Origin: Paramoeba atlantica
Lineage: Eukaryota > Protista > Discosea
NCBI GenBank assembly: GCA_977017575.1
Contig: CDRNVI010000002.1
Location: 310,001-374,000 of the forward strand
Direction of reading: 5' to 3'
Length of the DNA stretch: 64,000 nt
Position 1 is the first letter of the stretch; each line of letters begins with the position of its first letter. Of this stretch, positions 1-11,158 are shown piece by piece. Position numbers and translations under genes: made by a program. Under the pieces are notes generated by a model that was not told where the DNA came from, searched no databases, and saw only the letters and a program-made list of their open reading frames with translations.

Positions 1-889
1 ATCCTTAAACTCGCATTACTATCAATAATCCAAAGAGAGAGTATTGGAATGGATGCCACACAGGACGATATTTCACCTGAGGTTGAACACGTAGAAATTT
101 CCTGAAGTTGTTCTGGGAAAATATATTTACTTAATGCTAACAAGTCAGACCATTGAGAACGAAGTTGGTCGCTAATATATAGACTCTTCAAGTTGGTTTC
201 AAATTGTAGTTCGGACGATGAATAGGATATTGGCACGGCTGGTTTTGCTTCAACACGCAAAGCAACATAAATGCTTGAAATAGGGGCCGAAAAATAGTCC
301 CAGAACAAATACGGTAATGAGGACCCATATTTTCGCTCGCGCTTCGTCGTCGATGAGTCCTGCAAAGTGATCCAACAAGTATCCTTTAGAGAACATTGTA
401 TGTAATCTCCTGCGTGTAAAGTTTGGAGATGCTCGCAAGGTAAAGACACTGAATATCTTTCATCCTGCTCAGACTTCAGTTTAGTTCTCCGGGTCTCTTC
501 GGTGGCATCGTAAAAACTTGCATGCGTCAGAACGAATGGCCAGATCCACCACATGGTTCAAATAGTTGGTTCACATAATATGAAGAAATTTTAAAATAAG
601 CGCAAAATTTTAGAATATATTTTTTTGTATCGCTCCTACATGTCGTGGTCTTAAGGAGGCGGTCCGAATCCATCATATTTCTATTCCACCAAAATTCGTT
701 AGAGTAATATTCTAGTCGTTTATATCATTTTACTTACTTAGTATGTCTAAGACTTGTTTATTTTAATTATGGGGTTGTCCTAATTTATGGTACCGCGCAC
801 TACTTTCGACATTTGATGTATTTTTCGGGATTCGACTGTCACGAACCTTAAAATGAGTCACGAGGCATGTTTTGCGGGTTTTCACGCAT

Positions 890-1906
890 TCACCTTTCCG
901 AATCACCGCACATAATCCCGGGGCTCGATCGCAGATCCATAACAGGCACTTGAATGCATTTACGGGTGCGAAAAATGTTGAGCGGGGAGCGTTGAAAGGT
1001 TGCACAAGCTTCCCAAGGTGCGTTCAAGTCCTTTAACAGCACATTCACACTCTGCGCATCCCATAAACCCGACAGTTGTATGGGACCCATTTCACAAACC
1101 TGTGTGTTTGACTGAGCCACTGTGACACGAGCCGTCGCACGAGGAGGACCGACGACCTCCACAAAGGTACGTTTGTCCAACGAGGGCTGTGCCCGTAGAT
1201 CTACCGACTCAGACCAATTTTGGTTCGCCCAGATGCACAACAGAGCGGATAAAAAAACTGTTTTAAAAGCAGGACGTACACGTGCAGTGCCAATGATAAG
1301 CCCAACCACGAAATTGGCCACCAGAACGTGCCAAAGATACATCTCTGAGAGAATTGAAATTCCCACGAAGAATATAATCGCGAGCACAATACTTACTACA
1401 AACGCAGCCACTACTGCAGCAGAAGCCATTTTTCCATCAGCCCCAATGAACCCTTTGTCATAAAGTTTTCTCTTTTCCACACGAGAGAGAATTTCATAAC
1501 TGTCCTTTATGCGCTGAAACTCAGCCACCTCGCCTCCTTGATCGGGATGATACGTTTTAGACAATTCGTAAAAGCGACGCTTGACTTCGGAAGAAGACAC
1601 AGATCTATCGAGTCCAAGTCGTTCATAAAGATTTTCGCTCCAAGGCTTTGGATCTTTTGTAGAGTTCTGGGTTGTGGATGTAGTGAAGTCTCTTCTACAA
1701 AGAATGAAAATAGTGGTGCTTTTACTAAAGGTAACATGAAGATAATTCCTCAACACATCACTTCTTTCGCAATATGATGAGTTGATTTGACGAATTTCTC
1801 TATGCGCAAAAGGCCTCAGAATGGAATGGTATATTGGTACAGATAGCCTCCTGGAAAGTCCTTTGGACAATAGATTCCTAGTAACTGATAGTGCCTGCAT
1901 ATTCAT
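890..1906 (-). CDS. DnaJ (J-domain) protein with downstream transmembrane segments
   Basis: J-domain NLYERLGL...FYELSKTYHPDQGG...FQRIKDSYEILS with HPD motif, followed by hydrophobic helices; start codon uncertain. Confidence 0.85.
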   Translation of the reverse strand: MNMQALSVTRNLLSKGLSRRLSVPIYHSILRPFAHREIRQINSSYCERSDVLRNYLHVTFSKSTTIFILCRRDFTTSTTQNSTKDPKPWSENLYERLGLDRSVSSSEVKRRFYELSKTYHPDQGGEVAEFQRIKDSYEILSRVEKRKLYDKGFIGADGKMASAAVVAAFVVSIVLAIIFFVGISILSEMYLWHVLVANFVVGLIIGTARVRPAFKTVFLSALLCIWANQNWSESVDLRAQPSLDKRTFVEVVGPPRATARVTVAQSNTQVCEMGPIQLSGLWDAQSVNVLLKDLNAPWEACATFQRSPLNIFRTRKCIQVPVMDLRSSPGIMCGDSER

Positions 1907-2149
1907 GGGATTAGGATGTTTTAAGAATATGGGACAAAATGAACATCATACAGAAATTGGGGATTGTCTTAAACACTTCTTGAATAATGTAGCTAAAAGT
2001 GCTATGAAGGAAGGCATAAAGTTCGTGTCATAAAGCAAATATCCCCCTGTAAAGAAGATCTCCTCTATTAAAGAAACTTTTTGTACACCTGTCTCGTAAG
2101 AAAATTGCTCATTGAGCGAATCTTGATAATCTTATATTATCAAGATTAT

Positions 2150-2300
2150 CAAAACTTTGAGCGAAGTCCCCGTTTACGAGTAAAGCCCAACTGCGAGCGT
2201 AGCCCTGGGACAGAATTATATTTTTTGGGGACCCGCGCGCTGGAGCGCGCGGGTCGTGCACTGAGAACCTATGTCTGCACCTCCGCAGGATTGTGTATTT
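2150..2300. repeat. Dispersed repeat, copy 1 (partner at ~6360-6515)
   Basis: Shared AAAGCCCAACTG(C/T)GAGCG(T/C)AGCC..GGGACAGAATTATATTTTTT...CTGAGAACCTATG...GCAGGATTGTGTATTT with internal subrepeats. Confidence 0.8.
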
Positions 2301-2839
2301 GTTTTCCTATATGTGTATATTGCGACACCTAGTCGACGTGTCTAGGCCAAACAGTGAGCCGAATGACCTAGTTGATCAATTCGCGAAAAAATTAGAACTC
2401 AAAAAAAATCACTCCACTAAAAAAATACTTTCTTTAGAACGAATTTTAGAAATGTGACGCTCATTTTTTTTGGAAAATATGCGACGCTCTTTGGAAAAAA
2501 AGCGCTCGTTGAAATTTCAACGAAATGTGGACACGTCATTGATAAAAAAACAACGAAGTGTCGCCACGTCGTTGAAATTTCATGATCATCAGGGAGTGAT
2601 CTGATCAGGGAGCGTTGCGTAAGCCAAGGAACATTGCATAAGTGATATGTTAGAAGTTGTGTCCAAGAGATCCTTCTTGGTTAGGAAGCCCAAGTGAATA
2701 GAAAGCCCAAGTGGATCCATCGAGCGCGCTATTAGCGGATTATCCTATCCCCGAACGCTATTTTCCAAAATTGGAAAATTTACTGTATCCCTCCGGATAC
2801 ATACAAATCAAAAATGGTGTATAAAATATATTATGATAT

Positions 2840-3330
2840 TAAAATCGTGAAGGAGGCACATCATGATTTGGGCGTGCATGTCCCGAAGCGGTGTGGGACA
2901 TGTGCGTCTAGTTCAAGGGAATCCGAATGCCACCTTTTTTTGCCACCCAGTACGTCGAGATTCTTGAAAAGAATCTTGCCCCCTCCATCGAAACTAGGGG
3001 TCTAGACCCCCCAAAAGTCATCTTCCAACAAGATAATGACTCCAAGCGCACAAGCCATTGTGCGCAGCGTTACCTTCGGGGTGCCGGGATTGAAGTCATG
3101 CAGTGGCCCCCGTAATCCCCTGACTTAAATCAAAATGAAAATGTGTGGGAGGAACTCAAGCGACGCCTTGCAGCGCAAGATGATCCACCAAGCGGGGTCC
3201 GAGAGTTGTGGGAGGGTAAAGATGGAATGGGCGAACATACCACCCTCAATATACCAAGCCCAGGTGTAGAGTTTGCCTGCCCGTATGAAGGCAGTGCTGA
3301 AGGCTCGTGGGGGGAATACACATACGGACA
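2840..3330 (+). pseudogene. Tc1-type DD34E transposase remnant
   Basis: VIFQQDNDSKRTS...WPP*SPDLNQNENVWEELKRRL...GVRELWE; in-frame stop and frameshifts; 34 residues between D and E. Confidence 0.9.
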
Positions 3331-3781
3331 TAAACTCTCTAAGGCGATTACGTTTCATCCATTTTTTGGGTCAAGATTTTCTCTATAAGAGGTAGCAAAA
3401 AAACCCCTCGAATGCTAAACTTTTTTACATTCATTATTATTTCTTTGGTAGAACGAGCTGAGATAAACTATCTGTGAGTACTATTAGGTGACACTCATGC
3501 CTACACTACTAGCACACATTACCAGCGCAACCGTGATATTTAATCAATGGCTGTATACAAAAGCAAAAAATCGAAAGGTTTTTTTGCTGAAGATGAAAAA
3601 TTATAACACCTACCTCACGGTAGTTCGGGGTCATTCTAGGCGGATTTACGGTGCATGGTCTTGCTTTGGCAAGTAAAAAATGCAAGATAAAAATGAGCTC
3701 ACAATATTTTCGGTTTTCGTCCACTATTATAGTGATCTTTAAAGATGACCTTAAGGGATAAGATCAAAAACGATTCGATCC

Positions 3782-4735
3782 CTATTTGGCGGACCTGTTG
3801 CCAGGAACAGCAGTGCCTTGTAATTTACAATTTAACATTGAGTATGGATCGGGTATCTTGTGTTTCATTTCAGTATCGTTGTTTCGTGAGCTTCGCGCTT
3901 GCAAGTTGTAAAACTCTACTTGCACCTTCGTGTCTAGGTCGGATTGCTTCTTATGTATTACCTGGCTTACATGTTGCATGACGTCTCCTCTCCAAGTGCG
4001 TGTGGAAGCTGGGCCTTGATCCTGCAATGGAATAACGCTGTCTTGAAGACACTTGATCAAATCAACGATTAACTTTGGAAACGAAATGCAGCTGTCACAC
4101 AGAAACAAAAGGTGATGCACTGCGTCATTGTTAATGTTGGTGCGCAATAGCGTAGAAACTTGCTCAACGAGCATTGCCTCTATTTTGTATCGCATGAATC
4201 CGTCCTGTGAAGCAAGTTTATCTGGGGGAATTGGTGCATTTTCTACAGCGTCAATAACTACGTCTGCCCAATCCCAAGATGCGGATAATCTCTCTCGAAG
4301 GATGTCCAAGCATTGGTAGGTCGCATCGGCTACAGTAAAAATTTTGTTCGACTCTTCCTCACTTTCATCAGCTTTTTCATTTCCTGTGTCAGGGAAAAGT
4401 ACATTCAGTAAACCAAAATTAGAATTCGGATCCGTATGAGCCTGCAAGACTGCAAGGGCTATAGCAACACAGTGTAAATAAACCTCTTCACAAATTTCTG
4501 TAAGATCCAGTTCTTCGTTGAACTTCTGTAAAAATCGTGAAAGACGAAGCAGGGTATGATATCGAATAGGGGAATGGTTCAAAAAATTATCAACATCCCA
4601 ATAGGCAAGGTGTCGAATACACTTCCTTAGTATATTCTTATCAATAGTGGTTTCCATAAGCATTTTTTTGTTTTCTTCGTTTTTTGGAGCGCAGAGATTC
4701 AAGCAACGGAGAACGTAGTTAATTTCAGCTTCCAT
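3782..4735 (-). CDS. Hypothetical alpha-helical protein (317 aa)
   Basis: Long open frame on the strand used by all host genes; no recognised motif. Confidence 0.6.
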   Translation of the reverse strand: MEAEINYVLRCLNLCAPKNEENKKMLMETTIDKNILRKCIRHLAYWDVDNFLNHSPIRYHTLLRLSRFLQKFNEELDLTEICEEVYLHCVAIALAVLQAHTDPNSNFGLLNVLFPDTGNEKADESEEESNKIFTVADATYQCLDILRERLSASWDWADVVIDAVENAPIPPDKLASQDGFMRYKIEAMLVEQVSTLLRTNINNDAVHHLLFLCDSCISFPKLIVDLIKCLQDSVIPLQDQGPASTRTWRGDVMQHVSQVIHKKQSDLDTKVQVEFYNLQARSSRNNDTEMKHKIPDPYSMLNCKLQGTAVPGNRSAK

Positions 4736-5699
4736 TCTGGACTTAAATTATTAATACTTTTCAACTCACACGTACATTGGATTGTCCAAATTCACTCTTA
4801 CATAAATTGTTTAAAGTGCTTTATGTATTATAAATCTCCGGCCAAAATAAGGCACCGTCCTCTAAAATCCAAATGCTTCGCTTGTTTTATCTAATTTTTG
4901 TAGCATTTTATAGATCTCAACACAAAGAGTTTGCGCGTTAAGAAACGGAACAAGAAATCTCAAATGCATACGTTTGAAACGTCGGAACATTGCATTTTTA
5001 AGCCCTTAAAAATAAAAAAAAACGCCCTCGTAAACGAAAAACTCTTCTCCCCTCTGAGAAATTCAACTTTAGGGTATTAGGGGAAATTTAACTTTAGGGG
5101 TATTATTGCGCGGGTTGTTTACCACCTCTTCCTCTCTCTTCTTTATGGTATCTTAAAAACCTGGGTCCCGGGATTTGAGCCCAGGTAGTCCGAGCCCAGG
5201 TAAGACATGCAGTTCAGAATCTGGTGGTTACTTTTTCACAACATGCGAGCCTGAGCCATACGTTGTTAGTGGGAAACAATTTGCGAAGGGGTGGGCATGG
5301 CGAGGGCCCGCATGAGTAGTTCCTACGTAGAAGAGTATCCGAAACGAAAATATAGACCACAGTAATAACCCTAGGAACGCAACACGCGTGAAGTCCATTC
5401 TAAAAAAGAAAGAACAGACACGAGAATCTAAGTACTATCATAGTACTTTGGCACATAGTCTATGTGCAACCACGAAGATGATAAACTGTTGTGGACACCG
5501 CGTCGTACGCTGGGACACGTCCACCGCCGTACACAGAAACCAACTACAGAAGAAATCACGGTGAAAGTGAAGCGTTATTGCGCCAAAAAAATATTCTAAT
5601 ATTGGTTTGAAACAAATACATGTATGTATTCTTTTGGAGTGTGCCAGATTATTACAAACACAACCTGTTTTATCACTATGAACTGCGCACAACACAATT

Positions 5700-6005
5700 A
5701 ATTAAGTTGTCTGCTGGAAGCCGAACCGTAGCGCGCACTGATTGCTGGCGAGCGAGTCGCTCGCTGGGAAACGACTTGCGGCATGAGACAGTTTATCATC
5801 GACCTTCTTTGGTGCACACCAACACTGTTGAACGCATGAATGAGATGCTCAAGAAAGCAGTACAATCCCGTCGGAATGGGACCCTTGGGTGCCTTGATGA
5901 AGAAAGAAAAGATCGACCGAAGTTCAGCGGAGAACTTGTCAATGATCTGAAGATCGGAAATAGCGCGGGAAACCCTTTAAGAAGGTGTGAGAAGATCTCT
6001 AATTA
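5700..6005 (+). pseudogene. Merlin/ISXO2 (IS1595-like) transposase C-terminal remnant
   Basis: GSRTVARTDCWRA...HETVYH...VHTNTVERMNEMLKK resembles the ISXO2 TD.W...H..VNH...HT..IE motif. Confidence 0.75.
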
Positions 6006-6359
6006 ATATGCAGTCACAGCTTTTTAGAAGTGAAATCAAAAGAAATAAGTAGTAGCGGTCCATAAACCTAAAAAAATGTCTTCATTTATTTATTTCAAAA
6101 AAGGCGCAATAATGCTTCACTTTGGCCGAAATCACTTATCCTACACATGCGAAACGAATGAAACCAATGGATATTGAAAAAGCAAGATTTTTAATGAAAT
6201 CGTGGACTTCACGGGCACTTCCGTGAGTTTTAGCGATACCTTGATGATTTGTCAGGGATGTGCTTACGTGTCAGACCCTGAATCATCGAAAGGTCAATCT
6301 CATCATCGAAGGTGATTTTATGTGCTTCTCAGCCGAAAAAAGTACACAATATATTTTTT

Positions 6360-6515
6360 GAACCCAACTGTGAGCGTAGCCCACGTTTGCGAGTAAGGCC
6401 CCCATTTTCGAGCAAAGCCCAACTGTGAGCGCAGCCTTGGGACAGAATTATATTTTTTCGCGCCCCCGCGAGCTCTGAGAACCTATGCCTGCCACTTCTG
6501 CAGGATTGTGTATTT
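6360..6515. repeat. Dispersed repeat, copy 2 (partner at ~2150-2300)
   Basis: Direct sequence similarity to 2150-2300 with tandem CCCAACTGTGAGCG subunits. Confidence 0.8.
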
Positions 6516-6679
6516 AATCTGCGACATAAGATGTGCTAACTGAGTGTATCGGTGTTGTTTTTGAGATCTACGATATTTGTGGCCTGCGAGGAGGAGAGTT
6601 GTATTTTTCGGATCGGTGATACTAGCAAGGTACAAATGCCATGTAAGCGCTTCTACCCTTCTTCTCATTGTTTTTAGTT

Positions 6680-7462
6680 TCATGAATTACGAAGAGGATG
6701 GTGCGCGCGAAAAACAGGCTCTTTTAAAGAGCCTGTTTTTTCTTGTGGACAGTGAAGTGCTGCGAAGTCGTGAAGCTAACACACCGTCCGAAGATCAAGA
6801 TACGCCACCTCCCAGTAGGAGGCTCCTACATAGTTACGAACTCCTGGTTCGTGGGCGGACAGAATTTTTAGTCCGCTGGTCGGTGCTGATGCCACGACAC
6901 GCGCGTTGCTTTCAGTGGAACGTTTGTGCACGTGTTGCGCTGGGTTTACGTCTGTGCGTGGGTGGCAATCTTACGATTCCATCCTGGCGGACAGTGCGCA
7001 GAACAATGGATATCTCACCACGGCTTATTAGATCCCCCGTCTTGTGTTATTCATGGTCGTGAGATGATGCGCGACGTCCCTGGACGATCTGACATCCAGG
7101 TTTGCCGATTTCACGAATTCTCAACAAATCCCTGTCGATTGAAGCGTGGGAAATACGAACCCTATGTTTCTTCTCGAATGAAACTTGACGCAGGGAAGTT
7201 GTTGCGAGTTTGGGCGGACATCGCGGACAATTTGGCTGCCGGTCAAACTGTTCGTAATCGTTGCATTCGCCGGAAAGTGATGACGAGATTGTTGCAAGAT
7301 TTGGGGAATGCAGCGCTTCACCAGGATGAAAATACCGTGTACACTTTCTCACGTCTCCAGATGGATGAAACTCTCCCAGGAAAACGAAAATACCAACGAG
7401 GAAGACTCACCCGAAAAACGTATGTGGTTTCTGAATGTCCTCGTTCACATTTCACGGTTTGA
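6680..7462 (+). pseudogene. Merlin/ISXO2 transposase N-terminal remnant
   Basis: W...HGLLDPPSC...M...C...C zinc-ribbon-like N-terminus, then LQMDETLPGKRKYQRGR (ISXO2 first-Asp motif DE...KRKY.RGR); frameshifted. Confidence 0.8.
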
Positions 7463-8343
7463 GCTATTAGTTTAGGCCCCCTGAGCCATAAAATGCAGTG
7501 ACCTGCATCCCAGGAGTCAACTTTGCTCATGACAATGCTCTTAGCACAAGAAATATCCGGGCATCCTGCGCAAACCGGAGTAAAATTTTCCTAAGTCATG
7601 CGGGAGGAGCGCTTGTAAGACAAAAATGAACATAATTATGCTAAGAAACGATGTCTAACGCTTTTACGAGACAAAAAAAAATGGAAGTGTTAAAAAATTG
7701 GGCGAAAAGAATTATTTTTTGTGCAATATTGGGTTAATTTCACCGTCTTTTCTACTATTTGCATTTTTTTGGATTTGTATTTTTTCCCTTCTTTATAAAT
7801 CAGAATGAATCGTGTAAATTTGTACGAGCTCCAGCGTGAAACACATGCCGACATTATCACAGATGCAGGACACTATACCTGTCCCTGGGCAGCGATTCAG
7901 ATGATGAAAACGAGTCGTCAGACAAAGCTGAAACAGCTGATGCTCTGCACATAGAAAAACACAGCCGATGCTCTGCACATATTCTGAAAATATATCCGAG
8001 AATGCATACACTGTATGATGAATCTGAAGCGAGCTGTAGTGAGAGTTCCTCTAGCAGTGCCGAAGACGATACTACCAATACAGCTGTCATTAACGTTCTA
8101 AAACGAAACTGGACATTTTAAAAGCCATTCTTGGGTCATGCGCAAGTCTGCGAGAGCTCTCCAATGCGATGCTACTCTCGGGCCTACGGTATACACTAGA
8201 TGTATCACTAGATACAAAGAATAGTTTGGTGCAGGGAGGTTAATCCACCTCATCAAACACGTTTTTGTTGCAAAAGAGAGTTCCTGTTTCATTACGAGCT
8301 CTTTTGTAAGTGACTTTATCTACAGTATCATGTTTTTGTGTTG

Positions 8344-9561
8344 TCATTTCTTGACAGTTTCTTTTGTCATTCCTTCTACTCTTCTCTGTAAAAACAAAAG
8401 CTTTCTTTTGTCATCTCCAGAAATCCATGATTTTTCCAGTAATTTCTGCATTTCTTCTTGTACCTTTGTCTGTTCCCGTTGGTGCTTTTCCTTTACATCT
8501 TCGGGGACATTTTCAAGCGAATGTTCATATTTGTTTAGTGCGGCACCATATTTACACCACTTTAAAAAGGCAGAAGTCACTGAATTGATATTTTCCTTGC
8601 ATGCTATACGTGTCGGCGCCTCAGGAAACGTTGTCTGCACTTCACGTACAGAAGTTTCTTCCGGTTTAGCGAGCCGGTCCTTCCCTATTTCGCTATTTTC
8701 TGAGGTTGGCGTATTCGTTGTCAACGTGTTCTCCTGTAACGATAGTGTCTCTTGGTCGTGGGTTATTAGCGTATGTCGACGTAAATTCGAGAGGCTATCA
8801 AAGAAAGTATCGCACGTCGGGCATTTGAGAGGTAAAATTTGCAACACTTCCGCTATCTGAGAAAGTCTCGGGTACACTTCGTTACCATCCACTTTCAATG
8901 ATTTATCGTCCAAACATTGAAAATACTTCTTATTGTAAATCAAACTCCACAAGTAAGATGCGGATTCTGGGACGTGTTCGAGCTCACTGCTCAGTATATG
9001 AAGCTGCGTCGAGCTCCCTTTCCCATGTACTGCAAGAAAACCTACCCTATATCCTACTCCCGACTTTGATGCGTACGATGACATAAACTCAGCCACTTCC
9101 TCTGCCGTCACAAATGATGCATCGTCACCTAGTTGTAGATCTTCCACTGACAAATTTTCTTTCTTGGCGTACAACTCCGCATAATTAAGAGTAGGATACC
9201 GTTCAAGGAGGGCTTGAGCAGCGGAAATCGCGCTGTAACGGTCAATAAACCTGCTAACTTGTTGCCGTAAAGTTCTGTGGTAAGCACTTATACTCCGCAC
9301 GGGCTTCTGGGGTAACACGACAACGTGAACGAAAGCCCACTTACAGGGATGCATGACAAAAACAGTCTCATCTGAAAACGCAATCACAGTCTCCGGAGTG
9401 ATAGGCACTTGTAGTTGAGGAAATAGAGGCCCCACATGCATGTGAATTGGTGTTCCTTTTTCGTTCAATAGAGAAACTTGCTGCGTGTCTTCGTCAGTGA
9501 ATTGTAGTGTGTCATCTACCTCCGTGGCCTGCGTATCTCGGGATCGCTTTGTACCAGTCAT
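8344..9561 (-). CDS. Hypothetical protein with a single C2H2 zinc finger (405 aa)
   Basis: CPTCDTFFDSLSNLRRHTLITH; long open frame. Confidence 0.65.
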   Translation of the reverse strand: MTGTKRSRDTQATEVDDTLQFTDEDTQQVSLLNEKGTPIHMHVGPLFPQLQVPITPETVIAFSDETVFVMHPCKWAFVHVVVLPQKPVRSISAYHRTLRQQVSRFIDRYSAISAAQALLERYPTLNYAELYAKKENLSVEDLQLGDDASFVTAEEVAEFMSSYASKSGVGYRVGFLAVHGKGSSTQLHILSSELEHVPESASYLWSLIYNKKYFQCLDDKSLKVDGNEVYPRLSQIAEVLQILPLKCPTCDTFFDSLSNLRRHTLITHDQETLSLQENTLTTNTPTSENSEIGKDRLAKPEETSVREVQTTFPEAPTRIACKENINSVTSAFLKWCKYGAALNKYEHSLENVPEDVKEKHQREQTKVQEEMQKLLEKSWISGDDKRKLLFLQRRVEGMTKETVKK

Positions 9562-9850
9562 AATGAGTAGTTCAATTACGGAAGTTCAATTATGGAGCGA
9601 TCCCCAAGATCTACCTTATGGCAATTTTTTATAGTACTTGTACAGAGTCTTTGGACAAGGTGAGAGCCTACCTCATGATTTCTAAAACCAATTTTAAAAC
9701 TAAAATTTCAAGAATTCGTAAGTTTTATGCAACGTTATTCCGATATACTGTAAGCTTCTTACAAAAAGAATTCCGAACACTTGAAATTTACTGAAAAATT
9801 ATTTCCTCCAATTTCACAAGTTATTACCTCCCCAAACCAAACCTACCCCC

Positions 9851-10789
9851 CTACACCACCTCTTCCGTCGACACCATCCTATTCCCCTTCTCCTCACTCT
9901 TTGAAGACCACGGCGGGTTCTGTACCGCCATCTTTCCATACCCCGGATCGTTCTCAATACGATACGGTAGTGCACTAAACGGCACGGTCTGATAACTCAC
10001 TCCGGCCTCCTCCATCACCACACTCCGCACCACCCCCCCACTCGACCCATCTCTTGCAATGGCATGGGCGACCGCGTGGTGGGCGAACCCTACTGTCTGT
10101 TCCTTTGTCATCCCTTTCTTATAATGTTCACCGACCCAGGCATACAAGTAACTCGACCCGCTCCCCCCAAGCGCGTAGTCCTGGGCAATCAGCGACCCCC
10201 CGAGGGGAATCGTGTAGACCTGACCGCCATTGACCCGGTCGTACCCACACACGAGTATCCCGGCCATAATACGAGATCGGTGACGGTAACATAAAAGTTG
10301 AGTCACCCGAGCCGCCGTTTTAACTAAGGTGCAATACTCATATTTTCTATTCTTGTTATCCGTTTCTTTTTTATGTTCATTGCTGTTCTTTTCTCTATTT
10401 TCAATATTTTCATGACTTTCTATATTTTCACCCTCCACTCTCCCCCCGTTTCGTTCCTTCATTTCTTTTTCTTTTAAGTAGTGTGCCACGGCATGGGCGA
10501 TGGCTTGGGTGTCGGCAGCGGAGCCGGAACGACCACAGTAGATGGACTCGGATAGTTTTGTGCATTTATTCGACACGCGGTTCACGACGTAGGACCCCGA
10601 GGAGGTGCGGGAGTCCGCGGCCAGGACCGCACCCCCGGGGTAGGCCACCGCCAGCAGGGTGGTCCCCATGGACACGGGATGGCCGCAGGGATGGGGGGAG
10701 GGGAGAGAGGAAGGGGAAGAGATGTCGGAAGAGTACTCGCGGAGGTAGTGGGGGTCCATACGGAGGAGGCTGGGGTCGTGGGTGAGCAT
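9851..10789 (-). CDS. PSMB6: 20S proteasome subunit beta type-1 (PRE3/PSMB6-like)
   Basis: Propeptide then MG|TTLLAVAYPGGAVLAADSRTSSG, RSGSAADTQ, GGSGS, RDGSSGGVVR; ~45-aa low-complexity insertion. Confidence 0.95.
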   Translation of the reverse strand: MLTHDPSLLRMDPHYLREYSSDISSPSSLPSPHPCGHPVSMGTTLLAVAYPGGAVLAADSRTSSGSYVVNRVSNKCTKLSESIYCGRSGSAADTQAIAHAVAHYLKEKEMKERNGGRVEGENIESHENIENREKNSNEHKKETDNKNRKYEYCTLVKTAARVTQLLCYRHRSRIMAGILVCGYDRVNGGQVYTIPLGGSLIAQDYALGGSGSSYLYAWVGEHYKKGMTKEQTVGFAHHAVAHAIARDGSSGGVVRSVVMEEAGVSYQTVPFSALPYRIENDPGYGKMAVQNPPWSSKSEEKGNRMVSTEEVV

Positions 10790-11158
10790 GGGGAAGGTCG
10801 GGGAGGTAGAAATTTGCGAACTGGGTAGGGTAAATTAGGAAGAAGAGGGATATAGAGAGATAGTCGTGAAAATGTGTGACAAAACGTCAAAACGAGACCT
10901 GAAATTGAAGGAAGTATAAAAATTGAGTGACGCGCATGCAGAGCTGTACTGATCACTTATGGTTTTGATTGCCTATTAGATCACACCATGAAATGTCTCT
11001 CTCATAATTATGATTAATAGTTACTTTATGTCACAGTATATCAACTTCAAAACCAATCGACTACGTATCAATTCACTATTATCAAGAAATCTTATCCCAC
11101 CTGTAAACTTAACCATTCCTCCTCTGCACCCCAAAATCCTCATTCTATTTTCTCTTTC

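Noticed and set aside
1-620. Possible hAT-like remnant on the minus strand (…NYLNHVVDLAIR…)
   Set aside because: Too degraded, with several stops; the motif match is not convincing.
2505-2620. Palindrome CGTTGAAATTTCAACG and short repeats
   Set aside because: Single short occurrence with no linked element.
5160-5260. tRNA-like T-loop motif (CCTGGGCTCAAATCCCGGG on the minus strand)
   Set aside because: No D-arm, anticodon arm or acceptor stem could be built.
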